The translations under genes and the position numbers were made by a program. Below, one piece after another: positions 1 through 10,900 of a stretch of DNA of 37,169 bases (its first letter is position 1; each line of letters opens with the position of its first letter). The notes below the pieces were generated by a model. The model was not told where the DNA came from and made no database searches. It worked only from the letters and a program-made list of their open reading frames with translations. The DNA is from Schizochytrium sp. TIO01 (taxonomy: Eukaryota > Protista > Bigyra: Labyrinthulomycetes): NCBI GenBank assembly GCA_004764695.1, contig SMSO01000031.1, positions 1 to 37,169 of the forward strand, given 5' to 3'.

Positions 1-116
1 CATGAAAAACAATGTGTTATTTATTTAGTTGCTTTTTTCAATTAATTTAATTTAATTTAATTAAAAAAAATTAAGGGAACAAAACGCAAAAAAAAAAAAA
101 AAAAAAAAAAACAATC

Positions 117-225
117 GGCGCGAAGGGGGAATCGAACCCCCGACCTCCTCCAACTCCTATGAGGTTACAGATGTTACTCTGCTTGGTCCACCCGAAGAGG
201 AATCATGCCACTAGACCATTCGCGC
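117..225 (-). tRNA. tRNA-Pro(CGG) with ~38-nt intron after position 37, copy 1
   Basis: Reverse complement: GCGCGAA TGGTCTAGTGGCATGATT CCTC TT CGG G [intron] T GGAGG AGGTC GGGGG TTCGATT CCCCC TTCGCGC C. Acceptor stem, D-arm and T-arm are typical of tRNA-Pro. The 5' anticodon stem is one C short of copy 2 (read error or defect). A long T run (A run at 88-111 on +) follows as a Pol III terminator. Confidence 0.88.
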
Positions 226-308
226 ATTGAATGGGTGGAACGAGAATTTGCTACGTCCCATCTTGAACAGAGTATTAAGAAGAAAAAAAATGTGAAAAAA
301 AGTTAATC

Positions 309-420
309 GGCGCGAAGGGGGAATCGAACCCCCGACCTCCTCCAATTCCTATGAGGTTACAGGTATTTACTCTGCTTGGTCCACCCGAAGGAGGAATCAT
401 TGCCACTAGACCATTCGCGC
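309..420 (-). tRNA. tRNA-Pro(CGG) with intron, copy 2 (tandem duplicate, 192 bp offset)
   Basis: Same cloverleaf with a full CCTCC/GGAGG anticodon stem, CGG anticodon and GGTTCGATTCC B-box. Intron nearly identical to copy 1. T-run terminator at ~295-301. Confidence 0.92.
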
Positions 421-637
421 ATTGAATGAACTGGCAGGTGAAGATGACTTGTAATATATATACTTATAAAAAAAGAATATAAGCAGCGGTGGAATTTTAA
501 TATCCGATGAAAAGAGAAGAGAGACAGAGGCACAGAGGCTTTAAAAATTTTCAAAAGGACCTTGTGAAAGCAATTGCAAAAGACTAGGTCCGAAGATCAT
601 ATTCGCACATCAGTCGGACAAGTTTGTACTGGATACG

Positions 638-1072
638 ATGGCGAGCACGATGGTGGCACTCTACAGAAGTGGCTTCACAGCAGTACGCGGCCAGCGCCTC
701 AACGCGCCTCTGCAAGGCCTGCTAGCAAAATCTGGAAGACGTGCTTTCTCTGGCGATGTAGTGGAGCAAGTCCAGCGTGAACTTGAGGCCAACCAAGGCG
801 TACTCGTGTACGGTAAGAGCTGGTGTTCTTTCTCCATGGGAGCGAAGCATATTTTAGAGTCTAAAGGTATTGATTACACTGCTCATGAGCTCGACCTTGA
901 ACCTCAGGGAGATAAGATTCAGGCCGCACTCTTCAAGATTACTGGGCAACGAACTGTCCCTAACATTTTCATCGGCGACGCGCACGTTGGCGGCTACTCA
1001 GACCTTGTTGCAGGCATGCAAGATGGTCATGTAAAAGAGTTGCTCGAAGCAGTCAATATTGAAATGAAGTAA
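638..1072 (+). CDS. Glutaredoxin, class I-like monothiol (CSFS), with probable N-terminal organellar (mitochondrial) presequence
   Basis: Motifs YGKSWCSFS, QRTVPNIFI (cis-Pro TVP) and HVGGYSDL. The first ~36 aa are Arg/Ser/Ala-rich, lack acidic residues and end RRAFS. Confidence 0.92.
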   Translation: MASTMVALYRSGFTAVRGQRLNAPLQGLLAKSGRRAFSGDVVEQVQRELEANQGVLVYGKSWCSFSMGAKHILESKGIDYTAHELDLEPQGDKIQAALFKITGQRTVPNIFIGDAHVGGYSDLVAGMQDGHVKELLEAVNIEMK

Positions 1073-2634
1073 CTATAATATGTGCTGGTTTCAAAGCCAT
1101 AAGGCCACCTCCACTATACCTGAGGTGCAGATTGTATTTTGGAGCCCTGTATTGTGACTTTATCTTCGTCATGTGATTAAGTTGTTCATAATACGAGAAA
1201 AAACAGTCTAACATCAGTGATACCGAATAACTCATCATTCTCAAATCTCTTTTGGGTCATTTTTAGAGTCGAGCTATCCTTTGTTGCTATCCTTTGTTAG
1301 ACGCCCCATTAGGCCTTTTTGAATCTTCTAGGATTATTTTCTGTTTTTTTATTCTCAATCTTTGAAACCTCTCTTCATGTAATAGTGAGTAGTATGACTA
1401 CTGAGCTTGATACCTTGTTCTTAGCTTTTATGCAAATAAAAATATAGGATAATCAACAATTAACAATTCATGGTTTTCACCGATCAGACATTCCTGGGAG
1501 ACAGCATGACAAGATGACCATCCAGCATCTGAGTTTCATTATTCTCGACCTCAGCACCAGAAATACTGCGAAATAACCACCTAGTGTCACAGTATATATT
1601 CCCTCGTACTAGATATATTAGACAATCCCTAACCTTGATAGTGATTCGGAGCTGGCAATTTTTAAACTTTCAGTAGTGAAGATCCCGGCCTGGACGAGAG
1701 CACTAGACACAATCGCAATCTATAGAGGATGAATTTTTCTTTCCTGATAGCATGTATATAACTTATTGACCGAGGAAGCCGTTCCAATATTTTCCACTCG
1801 TCATTTCTACACCTATCAATTCAATAAACCTTCCGAACACCATTTCGGTTGGCTGGCCTAGGAGTTTCACTGGTCTTCTGGCTGACCATTTGCTCTGTTC
1901 CAATTTTACGGTTCACAGTGCTTAAATATCATTCAAAGGGACTTCACATTTTTGTTGTTCTTACTTGATGCGTCATAGGTGTTGCCTCTCTGCAATTGAG
2001 TTGCCCCTCATGGAACTGTCCTTGAGGCCAGGCTTATGCATCGCATCCCTTCCTTGCTGAGAGTTTTTAACATTTCACTAAGAACCATGTTCTTTGCCTC
2101 GTGGTAGGCCTTATAATTATATTTTTTTTCAAACAAACAAAATGCAAAACAAGTATTATGATTGCCACCGTGATGTAATCACTAGTTGGAACCACACAAG
2201 CAAACTATGTCTCAACTTCCTCAATGTAGGTATAGTTTTCTTTTCGCTAATCACATCAGTCTCAACCAAACCAATTTGGATCAAAACAGCTAGAAACTAC
2301 ATGTGTGCGTAAAAATCAATGGAATCCAACCAGAAATGTTTCAGAAACAAGGATGCAAGAATTCCATTCCCTTGACAAAATTAGGATGCAGGAAAGATTC
2401 CTGCGTGTCCTTGCACCTGAAAATACACTTTGTAATGAAATATATTGCTCACGATCATTCAACCAAATCAACAGTTTTGTTTTGCAAGTTTATGCAAGAG
2501 TTTGTTTGTCTCAAAAAGCACAATGAGAATAAAGGAGAAATGAACCTTGAAAGAGTAAAATGAGGTTCAACTGTTTTCAACTGACGAACGGAGTTGATAC
2601 TATCTAAATCTACTTTTTGTAATGATCAAACCAC

Positions 2635-2935
2635 ACCAGAAAGCAAGCTTGAGATCAAATTTAATAGACAGATGCGTTCTGGAAAAAAGAAAGAAAAAGA
2701 AAAAAGAGGAACTGCTTGAACAGATGTTCCGTGAGTCTTGATGTATTCATGTTGTAAGCGACGCACTTTCTCTGCCGTTTTAAGAGAAAAATATGCTTCC
2801 CTTACTTGCAGCAGTTGGAAACTGAGTCTGAATCAAGTATATATTACTGAACAAAATAGAAAGCTCGATAGATTGGAAGCTGCAAGTATTGCCTTTATAA
2901 GATCATTGGAACTGTTGGGGCCTTATTATTTTGAA
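2635..2935 (+). pseudogene. Decayed paralogue of the terminal exon of the LRR genes at 15145-15466 / 23489-23810
   Basis: cttgaacagatgttccgtgagtcttgatgtattcatgttgtaagcg aligns with cttgaacaggtagctcgtgagcttcgttgcatccatgccgtgaacg. Peptide EQNRKLDRLEAASIAFIRSLELLGPY matches EQKLEVSRLEAANSVLTASLGLLGTY. Contains an in-frame TGA. Confidence 0.7.
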
Positions 2936-3772
2936 TCGAATATCCTTTTCTTTGCCCTGTTGTCCTTATGCAAAAGTACATTATTCTTTTATTTTGAAGA
3001 TTTCAATCATAATGTACTAGGGAATATTCATCATCCAAACATAGAGCGTGTTGGCATTTTTCATTGAGAAGCATATATAATGATAGCTGAAAATCGGAGG
3101 AGTGAATATGCAAGAGTCATAGACCATCCTTCGTAAGACGTTAGAGTACAATGCATAATCATTAACCAGATAAGCGATAGAATTGATGGCTTTCAAGATG
3201 CAAAGCAAGAGGGTGCCTCAATTCCTCAGATACCACATAGACATCATACTAATGACCATAACTAATCTTACATTAACTGAAGTGGTGACGATGACCTTGG
3301 AGTTCCTTTTCACAAGACTAGATGCTGAAAGGTGATACTGATTAGCGTGAAGTTGACTGTAAAGATGAAGGTAGAAGGCTTGATGAAGGCTATACGAAGG
3401 TTGATTTAAGAGTTAGCGATCTGCTGTCCTGAGGAATGAATACCAGGACAGATGGATTCATGTAGTAATTAGGAAGATTAAGACATTCTTGAATATGGTT
3501 AGAGATAATCGATGAGGTTGGATTATCCAACCTTCTTCACCATCGATCCAAGTTAAACCAAGCTTGGGTGTCGGTGATGTGTATTCACACTTCTAGATCT
3601 TGACTTCAGCAGCCACGTCAGTCTGGCTGCTTATTCTTGTTCTAATGTAAACCTTATTCCTAATGGGTTTTACAAAGGGACACCAAGAACTCTAGCAATG
3701 TCTTGTTCATTTGTTCCTTCGATTGGAGATCTCAGCAATCACAAACTACACAAAATTTGAATTCGCCGAGGA

Positions 3773-4010
3773 AAGTTTCTTAGCTGTAACATTTCTTAGT
3801 CCCCTCAAGCCAAAGCTTGCTGAGAAGCATGCTACATGACTTTTCTAGATCTCTTAAGGCCAACTTGCATAAATTGTTTCTTCTCTTAGAGCCAAACCTT
3901 ATTCAGGAGCTTTTTTACATAACCTTTCTAGACCTCTCAGGGCCAATCTGCCCAACGTTTTTCTTATCTTAGGGCCAAACCTTGCTCAGGTGCTTTTGCA
4001 TAGCATCTGC
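3773..4010. repeat. Degenerate tandem repeat, ~83-bp period, ~2.7 copies
   Basis: tttctagatctcttaaggccaa (3842) recurs as tttctagacctctcagggccaa (3925). tcttagagccaaacctt recurs as tcttagggccaaacctt. Confidence 0.55.
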
Positions 4011-4260
4011 CTTATTACTGAAGGCCTGTCATCTGACAGACCCTGAGAAAGTGGCTCAAAACCCTACTTCCACATGCGTGTCAACCGACAGGCCCTAAGA
4101 GAGCGACCTTGTAAGACTAAAATTAGGTCTTTCTTGTGATTTAAGTTCTCCAATGTCAGCTGACAGGCCTTAGAAGAGTAATTTCTCCTCACAAAATTGA
4201 ACTTGTACTTACGGCTTACCCACCGTCAGACCGAACTTCTGGCCAATTATTAATTAAGCC

Positions 4261-4452
4261 TATTGCAGATTAGCTTAGCGCGCAGAGGTAGTTTAACAAT
4301 GATGATATATATGTTATTGAAATTTCGGATCTTTTTGGATACAGGCAAGATGAATGTATCATGTTGAATCCAGTAGAGTGTTGGACAGAAGATTTAGGTT
4401 AAGTTAAGTTAAGTTAGGTTAGTTTAGCACCTAGCTGTATGTTACGTCAATA
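4261..4452 (-). mobile_element. Solo LTR related to the copia element at 15493-20900, with 5-bp TSD AAGCC
   Basis: Begins tattgcaga and ends tagctgtatgttacgtcaata like the intact LTRs. Contains degenerate TTAGG/TTAAG repeats. Flanked by aagcc at 4256-4260 and 4453-4457. Confidence 0.88.
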
Positions 4453-4991
4453 AAGCCTAAGCAGGGGCTAGCAGTGGGTATGAAGATCAGTTGACACTCA
4501 GTGCAAATGAGGTGTTGTTATTTGCATTATTTGCGTGGTCGAATGTACTTTGGAAAGGATATATGATGCCTTTATAAATATTAGTTTGATTGTGAGATAC
4601 TAGTTAGTTCTATGACTAGGTAGTCCTATGAGATGGTGCTAGTGGAACCTCTGGAGCAAACATTACTGGAAAAGATCTTCTACCGAACAAGTGATAATAG
4701 GACTTGCAAGGAAGGACGCCAGCATGGCTTGTTAGGTAGAGTTAGGATCAAGTTAGTAAAATACCTTTTTATTTCAAGAGCACTAAGTAACATCTGTATC
4801 TTAAGGAAAACCATAGCAACTCATTGAGCCAGCACGTGTGCACGCCACCTTGCAACCCTGTCATGGCCTTGCAGCTTCACATCCAGCAGGTTCGAAACCT
4901 TCTGCGACGACTGGGACTGTGCCACGAGCTTCGCTGAGAGCGTACACGCACGCGCCCGCTGGTTGAAGTCTAGATCTTTCCTTACTGCACG

Positions 4992-7900
4992 ATGTCAGAC
5001 CACCCAGATGTTGTCGATGCCCTTGAGCAGCTTCGGAATGGCGCTACAACATTGGAGTAAGTTAACATGGTAGTCTCGTTCGCTCGGTCGCTCGCTTGCT
5101 TGCTTGCTTGCTTTATTTGCACGGTGTTGCTTTTGTTGTTATTGTTTTGCAAGTTTATGCGATGGCTGGTTTGTTTGTTTGTTTGTTTGATGGATAGGCG
5201 GATGGATGAATGGATAAGTTGTCTGTTTGAGTGAGTATACATCCATCGAACAAAGAGCAAAATGACAACACAACAAAGATAAATGCTGAAAGCCAACCTA
5301 GATCACTCACGTCCATGCATGCATGCGTGCATCTATTGTAATATGTAACGTGTAATGTATTGCTTGCCATCATTCAATCAAATCGACAGTCTTGAAGGCA
5401 ACAAAATCGGCTCAGAGGGCGCCAAGGCAGTGGCTGCGGCGCTGAAAGAGAACCGGTCGCTGACATCACTATCGTAAGTTGTCTACGCGACACCGCAGCT
5501 CGTGGACTTGTTTGTACATGATGTTTGGTTTGTTGTTTGGTGGGTGAGTCGGTGTTGTTTTGCATCTTTATGCAATCGCTTGTTTGTTTGATGGATGTAT
5601 AAGTGGCCTGTTTGACTTGAGTATGCATCCATCGAACAAAGAGCAAAATGACAACACAACATAGACGAAATCCTGAAAGTCAACCTAGATCACTCACGTC
5701 TATGCATGCATGCGTGCATCTGTTGTAACATGTAACGTGTAATGTATTGCTTGCCATCATTCAATCAAATCGACAGTCTTAGAGGCAACCAGATCGGCTC
5801 ACAGGGCGCCAACGCAGTGGCTGCGGCGCTGAAAGAGAACCGGTCGCTGACATCACTTGAGTAAGTTGTCTACGCAAGACCGCAGCTCGTGGACTTGTTT
5901 GTACATGATGCTTGGTTTGTTGTTTGGTGGGTGGGTCGGTGTTGTTTTGCAAGTTTATGCAATCGCTTGTTTGTTTGATGGATGGATGAGTTGTATGTTT
6001 GAGTGAGTATACATCCATCCAACAAAGAGCAAAATGACAACACAACAAAGATAAATGCTGAAAGCCAACCTAGATCACTCACGTCCATGCATGCATGCGT
6101 GCATCTATTGTAATATGTAATATGTAACGTGTAATGTATTGCTTGCCATCATTCAATCAAATCGACAGTCTTTCGGGCAACAATATAGGCAATGAGGGCG
6201 GCAAGGCAGTGGCTGCGGCGCTGAAAGAGAACCGGTCGCTGACATCACTTGAGTAAGTTGTCTACGCAACACCGCAGCTCGTGGACTTGTTTGGACATGA
6301 TGCTTGGTTTGTTGTTTGGTGGGTGGGTCGTTGTTGTTTTGCAAGTTTATGCAATCGCTTGTTTGTTTGATGGATGGATGAGTTGTCTGTTTGAGTGAGT
6401 ATACATCCATCCAACAAAGAGCAAAATGACAACACAACAAAGATAAATGCTGAAAGCCAACCTAGATCACTCACGTCCATGCATCTAATGTAATGTGTCA
6501 TGTGTAATGTATTGCTTGCCATCATTCAATCAAATCGACAGTCTTTCAGTAAACGGAATCGGCTTAGAGGGCGGCAACGCAGTGGCTGCGGCGCTGAAAG
6601 AGAACCGGTCGCTGACATCACTTGAGTAAGTTGTCTACGCAACACCGCAGCTCGTGGACTTGTTTGTACATGATGCTTGGTTTGTTGTTTGGTGGGTGGG
6701 TCGGTGTTGTTTTGCAAGTTTATGCAATCGCTTGTTTGTTTGATGGATGGATGAGTTGTCTGTTTGAGTGAGTATACATCCATCAAACAAAGAGCAAAAT
6801 GACAACACAACAAAGATAAATGCTGAAAGCCAACCTAGATCACTCACGTCCATGCATGCATGCGTGCATCTATTGTAATATGTAATATGTAACGTGTAAT
6901 GTATTGCTTGCCATCATTCAATCAAATCGACAGTCTTCGATACAACGATATCGGCGACGAGGGCGCCAAGGCAGTGATAGCGGCGCTGAAAGAGAACCGG
7001 TCGCTGACATCACTCAAGTAAGTTGTCTACGCAACACCGCCGCTCGTGGACTTGTTTGTACATGATGCTTGGTTTGTTGTTTGGTGGGTGGGTCGGTGTT
7101 GTTTTGCAAGTTTATGCAATCGCTTGTTTGTTTGTTCGTTAGGTTGGTTGGTTGTTCGATGGATGGATGGATGAGTTGTCTGTTTGAGTGAGTACACATC
7201 CATCAAACAAAGAGCAAAATGACAACACAATAAAGATAAATGCTGAAAGCCAACCTAGATCACTCACGTCCATGCATGCATGCGTGCATCTATTGTAATA
7301 TGTAACGTGTAATGTATTGCTTGTCATCATTCAATCAAATCGACAGTCTTAGAAACAACCGCATCGGCTCAGAGGGCGCCAAGGCAGTGGCTGCGGCGCT
7401 GAAAGAGAACCAGTCGCTGACATCACTTGAGTAAGTTGTCTACGCAACACCGCAGCTCGTGGACTTGTTTGGACATGATGCTTGGTTTGTTGTTTGGTGG
7501 GTGGGTCGGTGTTGTTTTGCAAGTTTATGCAATCGCTTGTTTGTTTGATGGATGGATGAGTTGTCTGTTTGAGTGAGTATACATCCATCAAACAAAGAGC
7601 AAAATGACAACACAACAAAGATAAATGCTGAAAGCCAACCTAGATCACTCACGTCCATGCATGCATGCGTGCATCTATTGTAATATGTAACGTGTAATGT
7701 ATTGCTTGCCATCATTCAATCAAAACGACAGTCTTTATAACAACGATATCGGCTCAGAGGGCGCCAAGGCAGTGGTCGCGGCGCTGAAAGAGAACCGGTC
7801 GCTGACATCACTTGAGTAAGTTGTCTACGCAACACCGCAGCTCGTGGACTTGTTTGGACATGATGCTTGGTTTGTTGTTTGGTGAGTGGGTCGGTGTTGT

Positions 7901-10900
7901 TTTGCAAGTTTATGCAATCGCTTGTTTGTTTGATGGATGGATGAGTTGTCTGTTTGAGTGAGTATACATCCATCGAACAAAGAGCAAAATGACAACACAA
8001 CAAAGATAAATGCTGAAAGCCAACCTAGATCACTCACGTCCATGCATCTAATGTAATGTGTCATGTGTAATGTATTGCTTGCCATCATTCAATCAAATCG
8101 ACAGTCTTGGATACAACAGTATCGGCTCAGAGGGTGCTAAGGCAGTGGCTGCGGCGCTGAAAGAGAACCGGTCGCTAACATCACTATCGTAAGTTGTCTA
8201 CGCAACACCGCAGCTCGTGGACTTGTTTGTACATGATGCTTGGTTTGTTGTTTGGTGGGTGGGTCGTTGTTGTTTTGCAAGTTTATGCAATCGCTTGTAT
8301 GTTTGATGGATGGATAAGTTGTCTGTTTGAGTGAGTATACATCCATCCAACAAAGAGCAAAATGACAACACAACAAAGATAAATGCTGAAAGCCAACCTA
8401 GATCACTCACGTCCATGCATGCATGCGTGCATCTATTGTAATATGTAACGTGTAATGTATTGCTTGCCATCATTCAATCAAATCGACAGTCTTCGATACA
8501 ACGATATCGGCGACGAGGGCGCCAAGGCAGTGGTCGCGGCGCTGAAAGAGAACCGGTCGCTGACATCACTTGAGTAAGTTGTCTACGCAACACCGCAGCT
8601 CGTGGACTTGTTTGTACATGATGCTTGGTTTGTTGTTTGGTGGGTGGGTCGGTAATGTTTTGCAAGTTTATGCAATCGCTTGTTTGTTTGATGGATGGAT
8701 GAGTTGTCTGTTTGAGTGAGTATACATCCATCAAACAAAGAGCAAAATGACAACACAACAAAGATAAATGCTGAAAGCCAACCTAGATCACTCACGTCCA
8801 TGCATGCATGCGTGCATCTATTGTAATATGTAACGTGTAATGTATTGCTTGCCATCATTCAATCAAATCGACAGTCTTCGATTCAACTATATCAGCTCAG
8901 AGGGCGCCAAGGCAGTGGCTGCGGCGCTGAAAGAGAACCAGTCGCTGACATCACTTGAGTAAGTTGTCTACGCAACACCGCAGCTCGTGGACTTGTTTGT
9001 ACATGATGCTTGGTTTGTTGTTTGGTGGGTGGGTCGGTGTTGTTTTGCAAGTTTATGCAATCGCTTGTTTGTTTGATGGATGGATGAGTTGTCTGTTTGA
9101 GTGAGTATACATCCATCCAACAAAGAGCAAAATGACAACACAACAAAGATAAATGCTGAAAGCCAACCTAGATCACTCACGTCCATGCATGCATGCGTGC
9201 ATCTATTGTAATATGTAATATGTAACGTGTAATGTATTGCTTGCCATCATTCAATCAAATCGACAGTCTTGAAGGCAACAAAATCGGCTCAGAGGGCGCC
9301 AAGGCAGTGGCTGCGGCGCTAAAAGAGAACCGGTTGCTGACATCACTATAGTAAGTTGTCTACGCAACACCGCAGCTCGTGGACTTGTTTGGACATGATG
9401 CTTGGTTTGTTGTTTGGTGGGTGGGTCGGTAATGTTTTGCAAGTTTATGCAATCGCTTGTTTGTTTGATGGATGGATGAGTTGTCTGTTTGAGTGAGTAT
9501 ACATCCATCAAACAAAGAGCAAAATGACAACACAACAAAGATAAATGCTGAAAGCCAACCTAGATCACTCACGTCCATGCATCTAATGTAATGTGTCATG
9601 TGTAATGTATTGCTTGCCATCATTTAATCAAATCGACAGTCTTAAATACAACGATATCGGCGACGAGGGCGCCAACGCAGTGGCTGCGGCGCTGAAAGAG
9701 AACCGGTCGCTGACATCACTTGAGTAAGTTGTCTACGCAACACCGCAGCTCGTGGACTTGTTTGTACATGATGCTTGGTTTGTTGTTTGGTGGGTGGGTC
9801 GGTGTTGTTTTGCAAGTTTATGCAATCGCTTGTTTGTTTGATGGATGGATGAGTTGTCTGTTTGAGTGAGTATACATCCATCCAACAAAGAGCAAAATGA
9901 CAACACAACAAAGATAAATGCTGAAAGCCAACCTAGATCACTCACGTCCATGCATGCATGCGTGCATCTATTGTAATATGTAACGTGTAATGTATTGCTT
10001 GCCATCATTCAATCAAATCGACAGTCTTTCAGTGAACGGAATCGGCTCAGAGGGCGCCAAGGCAGTGGCTGCGGCGCTGGATGAAAATCATGTTCTTCAG
10101 GAAATATAGTGAGTTTGTCCAAATTAAAGAGATTTAATCGAATGCTTGAGTTATAAGAAATGAAGCTTTGAGATGGTTTAAACTAACAAATTAGGGTTGT
10201 ATACCTTGGCAGTTTTGATTATTCTGATATCTCTCAAGACGTGATAGATCATATTGGTGACCGCTTAAAGCTAGCTAAAGATATAGTTGACGAATTCACA
10301 AAGTCTGCATTGAATGGTTTTTCAAAAGATGAAAAAGTGCGATGGGGCCGGGCGAAACTGATGGTAGTTGGGAAGGGGGGCGCTGGCAAGACATCAACTA
10401 TTCGCACGTTACTCGGTCAAGCATTCGTAGCGGAGCATGACTCGACCATTGGTGTAGAACTCAAGGTGATTCGCACGAAGGACTGGAAAGAAGACCCCAT
10501 GGGCATTCATTCTGCTGACCTCCATGAGGCTCTCGCAAAACATCAATTATTTCAAGGGCAAGACAATCTCGCTGCAAGATCTTCGCAGGCTCTTCTCTCG
10601 AACGATGTTCCTGTAAAGAAGCGCCGGGTTTCAGAGTCAAGCATTTCTGCACTTCGATCAGATGATATTCCTAAGCTAAAGATTGATTCTAAGGAAGTGA
10701 TAAGATCTTACAGGGCAGATGTGAAGGTTCAACTGGAAGAGAGAGGTCACAAAATTGTTGAAACTGATATCAGTTTTTCTATTTGGGATTACGGTGGGCA
10801 GGAGGTTTTCTACGCTTTGCATCACCTTTTCCTAACTAATTACGGGGTGTATGTGGTCGTTTTCGATATGCGAGAAGTGATTGGAAAAGATAATTTCCAG

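Noticed and set aside
1617-1720. Minus-strand peptide ALVQAGIFTTESLKIASSESLSRLGIV resembling a SAM-domain fragment
   Set aside because: Too short and bounded by stops. It may be pseudogene debris but is unsupported without a search.
4885-4905. B-box-like GGTTCGAAACC with a T-arm-like stem upstream of the ROCO gene
   Set aside because: No A-box, acceptor stem or cloverleaf, so it cannot be called a tRNA or SINE.
4982-10008. Many repeated minus-strand ORFs (MLCCHFALC.., MMASNTLH..)
   Set aside because: They are antisense shadows of the intron/exon repeat. The plus-strand spliced LRR model explains splice signals, phase and the variation pattern.
5057-10108. CRISPR-like array (constant repeats with short variable spacers)
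   Set aside because: The repeats are ~350 bp, the variable parts are single codons inside an LRR frame, and there are no cas genes.
5390-10108. Diversity-generating retroelement as the source of variation
   Set aside because: No template repeat is visible, synonymous adenine positions in the framework do not vary, and the only RT is a standard copia enzyme.
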